This document shows, piece after piece, positions 38,173 through 45,553 of a stretch of DNA of 54,062 nt. Under the pieces are notes generated by a model. It was not told the DNA's origin, ran no database searches, and worked only from the letters and a program-made list of their open reading frames with translations. Made by a program: the position numbers and the translations under genes. The DNA lies in NCBI GenBank assembly GCA_964462265.1, contig CAYWXW010000003.1, positions 2,868 through 56,929 on the forward strand, in the 5' to 3' direction. Position 1 is the stretch's first letter, and the number at the start of each line of letters is the position of its first letter. Source of the stretch: an uncultured Porticoccaceae bacterium (GTDB lineage Bacteria; Pseudomonadota; Gammaproteobacteria; Pseudomonadales; Porticoccaceae).

Positions 38173-38470
38173 TAATATTCTTTCTTTCACGTCCGCATGG
38201 GAGGGAAATGGATAGGAAAGAAAAAGCGAGACCTACGGTCGAGTGTTTATAATCTATCACAGGTGATTAAAGAAATATATTATTAATTTTTTTAATGAAT
38301 GAAAAGTAAATAAATAAAATAATATATTCACTTAAAAGAATTATGATTAAAGAATTAATAATATAAAAATATTCACTTGATTAAAGAACTAGAATGATAA
38401 ATAAATAAAATCTATCATCTATTATGAAAATAATATTCACATCAGTAATGAAAGGAAGGATAGTAAAGTA
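38173..38470. repeat. degenerate iteron-like direct repeats
   Basis: GATTAAAGAA x3 (38265, 38345, 38379). ATATTCAC x3 (38324, 38369, 38433), plus ATATTC..TCAC at about 38175. TAAATAAATAAAAT x2 (38307, 38398). GGATAG(G/T)AAAG x2 (38210, 38458). Confidence 0.8.
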
Positions 38471-38691
38471 AGTAATAATTATTCAAGTGCAAAAAGAAGA
38501 TAAGATGTAACTTCTTGTACAAGGTCAGACAGGGTTGCGCCCGCCCCGCCCCGAGTAATTTTATTTTTATATCTGGCTAAAGCTTCTTATGTCCTTTGAT
38601 TTTTTTATATTTTTTAATACTAACATATGCCCCCAATTAAAAAATGGTCTTAAAACTAAAATACGGGCTTAAATATTTTTTTATTATTTCT

Positions 38692-38720
38692 TTGACATTT
38701 TGTTTTTGATTTATTATAAA
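38692..38720 (+). promoter_or_regulatory. sigma70-like promoter TTGACA-N17-TATAAA for the rightward operon
   Basis: TTGACA at 38692-38697, the 17-nt spacer TTTTGTTTTTGATTTAT, and TATAAA at 38715-38720, about 48 nt upstream of ATG 38769. Confidence 0.6.
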
Positions 38721-38733
38721 TATTAACACGATT

Positions 38734-38748
38734 TTTGTTGTTAAGATT
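38734..38748 (+). promoter_or_regulatory. copy of recurrent motif TTTGTTGTTAAGATT
   Basis: Exact 15-mer, 20 nt upstream of ATG 38769 and about 14 nt downstream of the -10 hexamer, so probably in the 5' UTR. Confidence 0.5.
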
Positions 38749-38768
38749 TTTTAAAGGTCACATATAAA

Positions 38769-39179
38769 ATGGAAAAAATATCATTAGAGAAAAAAATAGA
38801 TACTTTTTATTTCAGATTATCATTAAAAGATAATGATTTACTTAGTGTTCATAAAGATATACCAGATATTTATTCTGAGTCAACTTTACTTTATAGTCAG
38901 GCTATGACTAAAATAGCTCAGTTAACAAAAAGAATAAATAGAGATAAATCGAAGTTATATCGTAAATACAGACAAAATACTCAGTTTGATTTAAAAAAAG
39001 GTGAGATTGAAGAATATTATTTAACAAATGATAAGAGTATAAGGGATAAACAATTTAAAATTGATGTACTTGAAATACATATCACCAGATTAGAAAAATT
39101 ATTTCAATTGCTAAACAATATGTCTTTTATAACTGGTAATTTTATAAAAATACAAGAAAAAAGAGGTGTTAAATTATGA
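38769..39179 (+). CDS. hypothetical coiled-coil protein, translationally coupled to gp46
   Basis: 136-aa ORF. An ATGA stop/start overlap joins it to the gp46-like gene. Confidence 0.55.
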   Translation: MEKISLEKKIDTFYFRLSLKDNDLLSVHKDIPDIYSESTLLYSQAMTKIAQLTKRINRDKSKLYRKYRQNTQFDLKKGEIEEYYLTNDKSIRDKQFKIDVLEIHITRLEKLFQLLNNMSFITGNFIKIQEKRGVKL

Positions 39180-41617
39180 TTTCTGAATTAAAATGGATTA
39201 AGTTTAAAAATATATGTTCCGTTGGTGATGATTTAGTTACAATTACTTTAGATGATTCCTTACAGGTTATTACAGGTCTTAATGGTCAAGGTAAAAGTAC
39301 AATTATACAAGCAATATCATATAATTTACTTAATGAGCCTTATTCTAAAACATCAAGATCTTTGTCATTACCTGATTTGATTAATAATAAGAATAATAAA
39401 AAATTATATACAGAATCTTGCATTGTTAAAGATGATAAAGAATATATTATCATAAGAGGACAAAAACCAGATGTTTATAGCATTACATGTAATGGTGATC
39501 CAATACCATTAGAAGGTAAAGTTGATATGCAAGAAAAAATTTATGAAATTATTGGTCATAATAAAAAAGAGTTAAAACAGATGACTTTTTTCTCTCTTGA
39601 GTTTTATCAACCTTTCCTTGATTTAGATATAGATGGTAGACGTAGTTTCATGAGAGAATTTTTTAATTTAGATATTTATGATCATATTGCTTCTAAAGTT
39701 AAAGAATCAGCATCTTTAAATAAGAATAGTTTCATTGAGTATGAATCATCTTTAAAAGCAAAAGAAGAATTATATGATAAAATGAAGCAAAATTATAAAA
39801 CATTTAAGAGTGAAACAAAAGATGAGATAAAAGAATTAAAGGATAGAATTAAAGATAAAAATAATTCAATTGCTAAAATAGAAGAAAAATTAGAAGTTTT
39901 AAATTTTGATTCTAAAGAATTTAAAAATCTATCAATTAAAAAAGAACAAATTAATACAGCAATTTTTAAATGTAATAAAGAACTAGATAAATTAAATGAT
40001 ACTCTTGATTCATATACTGAGATGAAAGATAAATTGGATTTAATTGATATAAAGAAAATTAAAATACATAATCTTAATGATTTACATGAAAAACTAAAAG
40101 ATGCATCTGATGAGATCAATGAGTTAAAAGATTTAAAGATTAAATTAAAATATCAAAAAGAAGATGCAGAAAAATATATAAAAGAAAAAGAAAAAATAAT
40201 AAATGATATAAATGATTATAGGATTGTATTAAAAGATACAAAGAAAGATTACGATAAATTATTAAAGAATATATCTAAAATAGATGAAGATAAAGAAGAT
40301 AAATTATTTAAAATTTATAAGTCTTTTGATAAAAAGAGAGATATTCTTTATGCTGATATAGAAAGACGTAATAAAGATATTGATGCTTTTACTAAAATAG
40401 GTTCAACTTGCCCTCATTGTTACTCTAATTTAGATAATAAACATAAAGAAAGAATACTTAAAGATCTTTTTAATGGTGTTTCTAGGGTTAAAAAAGAGTA
40501 TGATGAATTAACTGAAAAAGAGAAAAAAGCTTATGATGATTATTGTAATATTAGAGATAAGAACGATGAAAATGATAAAAAATTAAAAGCGGTACAAAAT
40601 TACGAGAGAGTTATTAATGATATTAATCAAAATATAAAAGATCTAAACTTAAAATTAGAGTCAAAGGAAGAAATAAATATTAATGCTATAATTAAAAAGA
40701 TCAAAGATATTGATGATGATATAAAATTAATCAAAGATATTAAAATTGATAGTATCGAGAGTGATATAAAAGAAGCAACTAAAAATGATAGAATAATTAA
40801 AGAGTATAATTTTTTAAAAGAAAAATTAAAAGATATAAACATCAAAGACATCACTAAAAAAATTGATGCCTTAGAAGATGAAGATATAGAATTAAATAAT
40901 GATCTTAAAAAACTCAACATAGAGTTTAAAGTATATGAAGAAAAAAGCGAAACATATAAAACACTCCAAGACGATATCAAAAATATAAACGACATCAAAA
41001 AACAGATTAAAGATAAAATTACAATATCAAATACTTTAATAGAAAAAGAAAAAGAGAAAGTTAGAGATTTTAAACAAAATATAAAAGAGCTAAAAAATAG
41101 TTTCTCAGATTTAGAAAAAGAAAAAAGAATAATTGACGCATTACAATTTATTATATCTGATAAAGGAATTAAAAAATATATAATTGGTAAATATATTCCG
41201 TCATTGAACACTTTATTTTATAAATATTCAACTATATTAGAAAGTAATTTTATTTTAAAAATGAAAAATGATATGAGCATAACTGTTAATAGTTTAGGAC
41301 TCGAAAGAAAATATTATACTTTTAGTACCGGTGAGAGATCACAAATCAATTTAATTATTTTACTTTCTTTTATTGAGATGGCTAGACTAATGCATGGTGG
41401 TACTTTTAATAATCTTTTCTTAGATGAATTAACAGCACCATTAGACCCAGATAATACATATAAGATGTTTAAACTACTTAGAACATATTTTGATGATCTC
41501 AAAATATTATTAATCACACATAAAGAAACTGATAAAGAGATGAGTTTTATAGATAAGAGAGTGCAAGTAAAATTAAATAAACAAGGATTTTCTAAATATA
41601 AAATAATAAAAATTTAA
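39176..41617 (+). CDS. gp46: recombination ATPase subunit (T4 gp46, Rad50/SbcC-like) with expanded coiled coil
   Basis: P-loop GLNGQGKST. YIIIRGQKPDVYSITCNG parallels T4 YYIKRGQKPNVFEITVNG. A central CPHC hook-like motif. DKGIKKYIIGKYIP parallels DSGIKGAIIKKYIP. Signature FSTGERSQ and Walker B LFLDE. 813 aa, against about 560 aa in T4. Confidence 0.88.
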   Translation: MISELKWIKFKNICSVGDDLVTITLDDSLQVITGLNGQGKSTIIQAISYNLLNEPYSKTSRSLSLPDLINNKNNKKLYTESCIVKDDKEYIIIRGQKPDVYSITCNGDPIPLEGKVDMQEKIYEIIGHNKKELKQMTFFSLEFYQPFLDLDIDGRRSFMREFFNLDIYDHIASKVKESASLNKNSFIEYESSLKAKEELYDKMKQNYKTFKSETKDEIKELKDRIKDKNNSIAKIEEKLEVLNFDSKEFKNLSIKKEQINTAIFKCNKELDKLNDTLDSYTEMKDKLDLIDIKKIKIHNLNDLHEKLKDASDEINELKDLKIKLKYQKEDAEKYIKEKEKIINDINDYRIVLKDTKKDYDKLLKNISKIDEDKEDKLFKIYKSFDKKRDILYADIERRNKDIDAFTKIGSTCPHCYSNLDNKHKERILKDLFNGVSRVKKEYDELTEKEKKAYDDYCNIRDKNDENDKKLKAVQNYERVINDINQNIKDLNLKLESKEEININAIIKKIKDIDDDIKLIKDIKIDSIESDIKEATKNDRIIKEYNFLKEKLKDINIKDITKKIDALEDEDIELNNDLKKLNIEFKVYEEKSETYKTLQDDIKNINDIKKQIKDKITISNTLIEKEKEKVRDFKQNIKELKNSFSDLEKEKRIIDALQFIISDKGIKKYIIGKYIPSLNTLFYKYSTILESNFILKMKNDMSITVNSLGLERKYYTFSTGERSQINLIILLSFIEMARLMHGGTFNNLFLDELTAPLDPDNTYKMFKLLRTYFDDLKILLITHKETDKEMSFIDKRVQVKLNKQGFSKYKIIKI

Positions 41618-41635
41618 TGTGGGGTATTTGTTGTT

Positions 41636-42058
41636 ATGAAAAATAATAGAAGATCTGTACCAAATGAAAGACGTACATATACAGAATATAGTTACGATGG
41701 TCGATCTGAAGAAGAAAAATGTGCTGTTATTTTAGATTTAGTTAATGAAGCATTTGCAAAAAATGCTCTGATTTTTAATACATCATCAAAAAAATCACAT
41801 TTTTTGGATTATAAAAGATTTAAAATTAGTAAAGGTGCTGAGAAATATATTAAAAAATTACCAATAGTATTTAGAAAAATGAGAAAACAGGGTGATTTAA
41901 ATTATATTAAATCATGTAAATTTATTATACTAAAAGGTGGCTTATATCTACATTGTGATCTAGATAAGATATTTTTTAATGATGTAGTAAAATTTGATGA
42001 TCCTGTAATTGGCTTTGCTTATGCATATTTAAAAAGAAATCAAGAATATATATTTTAA
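41636..42058 (+). CDS. hypothetical protein
   Basis: 140-aa ORF. Its ATG is embedded in a TTTGTTGTTATG motif copy. Confidence 0.55.
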   Translation: MKNNRRSVPNERRTYTEYSYDGRSEEEKCAVILDLVNEAFAKNALIFNTSSKKSHFLDYKRFKISKGAEKYIKKLPIVFRKMRKQGDLNYIKSCKFIILKGGLYLHCDLDKIFFNDVVKFDDPVIGFAYAYLKRNQEYIF

Positions 42059-42067
42059 GGAGTTATT

Positions 42068-44002
42068 ATGAATGATATTTTAATAAAAAAATTAGAAAAA
42101 GCTTTAGATGCATATGATAAAGGTCAAGCAATTATGAGCGATTATGATTATGATTGTCTTATAGCTGAGTTACGTTCATCTGACCCTAAACATAAATTTT
42201 TACAAAAAATAAGTAATCAGGGTGGTGATTTCAAACATAAAACAAAAATGTTGAGTCTTGATAAAATACACACACCAGATGAACTCATAAAATGGTTTAA
42301 TAAAGTTAAATATTTTTGTTCATTTAAATTGGATGGTATAGCCATATCGATACATTATATACTACGTGATGATTATTTTTATATTCATAAAGCAGTTACA
42401 AGAGGTGATGGTAGTATAGGAAAAGATGTTACCCATATTATTCATGGTATTGATCTTCCTAATAAGATACAAAAAACAAATGAAAATTATACATCATTTG
42501 AGGTTAGAGGGGAAGCAATTATGGATAGAGCGGTATTTGCTGAACTTAAAAAAAGTTCTGATTTAGATTATAATACTCCTCGTAATTTAGTAGCAGGATC
42601 ATTTAATACTCTAAAAGACCCAGATATATTAAGAAAAAGAGGTATTAAATTCATTGCATATAATTTAATTGCTGATGGAATATATAATAATATCTCTGAT
42701 GATGATAGACTCAATATTAAATTTTCAATCAATTGGAAATATTTAAGATCAATTGGTTTTGAAACTGTACCTAAAATAGTAACATCTAAATATGATGAGA
42801 TAATGAAATGGATAAAAGAGACAGAAGATAGACGTAATAAAATACCATATGATATTGATGGTATAGTCATACAAAGAAATAATATCTATAGATTTTTACA
42901 AGAGGGTTTCACTGATCATCATCCTAAAGGCGCAATAGCATATAAATTCAAACCAAATATCACTAAAGCAATAATCAATGCTATTACATGGCAACTTGGT
43001 CGTACTGGTATATTAACACCTGTTGCTGAGATTGAGCCTATTGAATTAAATGGTGTTTTAATTAAAAGGGCAACATTACATAATTTAACATTTATCGAAG
43101 ATAAAAATATTACTATCGGATCAGTTGTTGAGTTACAAAGATCAGGTGATGTAATACCTAAAATAAACAAAGTATTAGAATGGAATGATGATAGTTATTT
43201 AACTATACCTAAAAAATGTCCAAAATGCGGAGAACCAATTATTAAAAAACTCAGCATATCAAATCAATATAATCTTTATTGTGATAATCCAACATGTAAA
43301 GGTAAGTTGGAATTAAAAATACTTTATTGGTTAAATATGACAGGTTGTAAAGGTATTGGTGATAAATTAATAATTAAAATGGTACGTAGAAGATTTATAA
43401 GTAAAATTGCTGATCTCTATAGTCTATCACCAAAAAGATTAATGATGTTGGATAAGATTAAAATAAAATCTGCAAATAATATTTGGAATGCTATACAAGA
43501 TACAAAAGAAATAACAACAGCTCAATTCATGGCTGGTCTTGGTATTGAAGGTGTTGGTATGGGTATGGCTGAAAAAATATCTGAACATTTTGATAATGAT
43601 TTTAGTGAGATATTAAGATGTAGCTATCCTGATTTTGAAGAAATTGATGGTGTCGGATCAATATTAGCAAAAAATATTGATAATTATTTTACACTAAATT
43701 ATGAAGAGATTGCAGAGTTGCTCTCTATAGTAAAAATAAAAAATGTTAATGATAGACTTAACTCTCAGCAAAAAGATGGCATCACAGGTCTCTCCTTTTG
43801 TATTTCAGGTAAAGTATCAAAAGGTAAAGCATATTATTATAATTTAATAGATTCTTACGGTGGTATCATACATACAAGTGTGAGTAAAAAATTAGATGTG
43901 TTAATTAGTAATGAAACTAGTACTTCTAAAGTTAAAAAAGCAAATGAGTATAAAATTAAAATTATAAATGAAAAAGAGCTTAATGATTTAATTTATAAAT
44001 GA
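42068..44002 (+). CDS. ligA: NAD-dependent DNA ligase (LigA family)
   Basis: Adenylation KxDG (CSFKLDG), VRGEAIM, TPRNLVAGS, DIDGIVIQ and AIAYKF. Zinc finger CPKCG...CDNPTC, HhH repeats, and a BRCT-like GLSFCISG. Confidence 0.9.
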   Translation: MNDILIKKLEKALDAYDKGQAIMSDYDYDCLIAELRSSDPKHKFLQKISNQGGDFKHKTKMLSLDKIHTPDELIKWFNKVKYFCSFKLDGIAISIHYILRDDYFYIHKAVTRGDGSIGKDVTHIIHGIDLPNKIQKTNENYTSFEVRGEAIMDRAVFAELKKSSDLDYNTPRNLVAGSFNTLKDPDILRKRGIKFIAYNLIADGIYNNISDDDRLNIKFSINWKYLRSIGFETVPKIVTSKYDEIMKWIKETEDRRNKIPYDIDGIVIQRNNIYRFLQEGFTDHHPKGAIAYKFKPNITKAIINAITWQLGRTGILTPVAEIEPIELNGVLIKRATLHNLTFIEDKNITIGSVVELQRSGDVIPKINKVLEWNDDSYLTIPKKCPKCGEPIIKKLSISNQYNLYCDNPTCKGKLELKILYWLNMTGCKGIGDKLIIKMVRRRFISKIADLYSLSPKRLMMLDKIKIKSANNIWNAIQDTKEITTAQFMAGLGIEGVGMGMAEKISEHFDNDFSEILRCSYPDFEEIDGVGSILAKNIDNYFTLNYEEIAELLSIVKIKNVNDRLNSQQKDGITGLSFCISGKVSKGKAYYYNLIDSYGGIIHTSVSKKLDVLISNETSTSKVKKANEYKIKIINEKELNDLIYK

Positions 44003-44010
44003 GACTTATA

Positions 44011-44172
44011 ATGAAAAATAAAATATACTATTTTATACTCTGCATATCAGCTTTTTTAATAACTTTCTCATATTTTGTTATGAGGGAGCATAATAAAGAA
44101 AAATGCTACAAACGCTGTATTAAATCATCAAATAAAACGGAGTGGATTTGTGATAAAATATGCAATAGCTAA
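44011..44172 (+). CDS. small membrane protein with Cys-rich tail (53 aa, below the track cutoff)
   Basis: Hand translation gives MKNKIYYFILCISAFLITFSYFVMREHNKEKCYKRCIKSSNKTEWICDKICNS. The SD is weak. Confidence 0.35.
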   Translation: MKNKIYYFILCISAFLITFSYFVMREHNKEKCYKRCIKSSNKTEWICDKICNS

Positions 44173-44599
44173 TCTATTAATTTTATTTTTATTATTCCCA
44201 AATATTATACATGGTTTTAAAATTCATAATAAAGCTAAATTAATATATGATTATTTTCAAAAAACTGAATATAAGAATGTAGCAATGATAATAGCAAGTC
44301 AGGCTATTTTAGAGACAGGTCATTTTAAATCTAGTAAACATAATGAATTAAATAATTATTTTTCCATAAAAGATTGGAAAGATAATAGATGTAAAATGAA
44401 GCCTATCTATTGTATGAAAAGATATAAAAATATTAAAGAATCAATAATAGATATGCATAATTATATAAGTCGCAAGAAATATAGAACATCACCATTAACA
44501 TATTATAATGATCTAGTTAAAAATGGTTATGCGCAAGATCCTCTTTACGTACAAAAAATTAAATCAGTTGTTAAATCTTTTAAAAATAATTATAAATAA
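44150..44599 (+). CDS. secreted/membrane-anchored peptidoglycan hydrolase (glucosaminidase, FlgJ/GH73-like)
   Basis: GTG start with GGAG 7 nt upstream. N-terminal signal-like IANLLILFLLFPNIIHG. ASQAILETGHFKS...NNYFSIK resembles the AQAALESGWG...NNLFGIK motif. Confidence 0.55.
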   Translation: MIKYAIANLLILFLLFPNIIHGFKIHNKAKLIYDYFQKTEYKNVAMIIASQAILETGHFKSSKHNELNNYFSIKDWKDNRCKMKPIYCMKRYKNIKESIIDMHNYISRKKYRTSPLTYYNDLVKNGYAQDPLYVQKIKSVVKSFKNNYK

Positions 44600-44631
44600 T
44601 AGTACCTTAATAATTATTTAAAGAGGTCATT

Positions 44632-44811
44632 ATGAACAAATGCACAGGCGAAATGGAAGTCTTCAGCCGAGTTGTTGGTTATTACCGTCCAGTTAGTAGT
44701 TGGAATAAAGGTAAAAAACATGAATTTTTTATGAGAAAAACCTTTAAGATGCCAGAATTGGAAGATGTAGAAACTGATGATGATAGATCACTTCTATCTG
44801 TAGCAGATTAA
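44632..44811 (+). CDS. stand-alone NrdD C-terminal glycyl-radical-domain-like peptide (59 aa, below the track cutoff)
   Basis: Hand translation gives MNKCTGEMEVFSRVVGYYRPVSSWNKGKKHEFFMRKTFKMPELEDVETDDDRSLLSVAD. AAGAGG lies 5 nt upstream. SRVxGYxRPVxxWNxGKxxEF is the class III RNR glycyl radical region pattern. Confidence 0.6.
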   Translation: MNKCTGEMEVFSRVVGYYRPVSSWNKGKKHEFFMRKTFKMPELEDVETDDDRSLLSVAD

Positions 44812-44829
44812 CTTTTGAGGTAGGTGTAT

Positions 44830-45249
44830 ATGGTTTGGCTTTATACATTAGAAAATAAATTTATATATCATACTAAAAAACCTTGTTCCAAAGAGTCTAA
44901 ATTTTATGATAGTAAATCTAATCTAAGAATGACAATAACTAAATTTGGAACCATAATAATTGGAGCTGGGTATTCATGGAACGGTTGTTCTCCCAAAGTA
45001 AAAATAGGTAAGTGGATTTTTGGTACACCTGATGGTGATATTGATGAGGATACTGGTAAACCTATAACATATTATGCGTCCTTAGTACATGATGCTCTAA
45101 CCCAATTTTATAAACACCCAGACATGTGTTTCACACGTAAAGCGATGGATGATATTTTTTATGATATGTTAGTTGAAGCTGATTTTGAATATGCCTACCT
45201 TTATTATTTTGCAGTAAGATCATATGCAGTTGTTACTTTCAAAAAATAA
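44830..45249 (+). CDS. DUF1353-family protein
   Basis: GYSWNGCSPK...YASLVHDALTQFY...TRKAMDDIFYDML fits the DUF1353 pattern. ATG 44830 is preferred over GTG 44824 because of its spacing from GAGG. Confidence 0.55.
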   Translation: MVWLYTLENKFIYHTKKPCSKESKFYDSKSNLRMTITKFGTIIIGAGYSWNGCSPKVKIGKWIFGTPDGDIDEDTGKPITYYASLVHDALTQFYKHPDMCFTRKAMDDIFYDMLVEADFEYAYLYYFAVRSYAVVTFKK

Positions 45250-45301
45250 AATTTTGTTTTATTGATTTTTTAATATGTAAATGATATAAGATCAAATACT
45301 A

Positions 45302-45316
45302 TTTGTTGTTAAGATT
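45302..45316 (+). promoter_or_regulatory. copy of recurrent motif TTTGTTGTTAAGATT
   Basis: Exact 15-mer, 14 nt upstream of ATG 45331. Confidence 0.5.
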
Positions 45317-45330
45317 AATGAGGTTTAAAA

Positions 45331-45549
45331 ATGCTAAAATTAAAGTATCAGTTTAATGTTAAGATCGATAACCGTTTCTATAAAACCGACCCGCATATAG
45401 AAAGATTTAATATCAATCCTATACCTTTAAGACCAAATATTTATGCTCAAGAAGATATTTTTTCATTTTATTTGAACATACCTAAAAATAATGAACATAA
45501 TATTTTAAAAATTAAAGAGAATTTTATTATAACAAAAGATTGGAGATAA
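45331..45549 (+). CDS. hypothetical protein
   Basis: 72-aa ORF with GAGG upstream. Confidence 0.5.
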   Translation: MLKLKYQFNVKIDNRFYKTDPHIERFNINPIPLRPNIYAQEDIFSFYLNIPKNNEHNILKIKENFIITKDWR

Positions 45550-45553
45550 AATT

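Larger units (their letters stand above)
37234..38768. other. 1,535-nt ORF-free intergenic island between divergent operons
   Basis: No ORF of 60 aa or more on either strand. My manual scan found only 13-34-codon ORFs, none with a credible SD. The island contains palindromes, GC islands and degenerate direct repeats. Confidence 0.85.

Noticed and set aside
38532-38555. G-quadruplex on the minus strand (GGGGCGGGGCGGGC), and a resemblance of AGGGTTGCGC to a conserved 16S rRNA segment
   Set aside because: Only three G-tracts are present, so a canonical intramolecular G4 cannot form. The rRNA resemblance is about 10 nt and does not extend further.
37234-38768. tRNA genes or a CRISPR array in the ORF-free island
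   Set aside because: I found no GTTCRANNC T-loop flanked by complementary 5-bp arms and no cloverleaf-compatible acceptor pairing. The repeats are 8-14 nt, irregularly spaced and shuffled, unlike CRISPR repeats. tRNAscan or cmscan should still be run.
39793-41517. Three minus-strand ORFs (108, 194 and 67 aa) inside the gp46 gene
   Set aside because: They are antisense to a well-supported Rad50-like gene. The S/F/L/I-rich translations are the mirror image of the K/E/N-rich coiled-coil codons.
42568-43170. Minus-strand ORFs of 100 and 83 aa
   Set aside because: They lie inside and antisense to the NAD ligase gene and have no motifs or SD.
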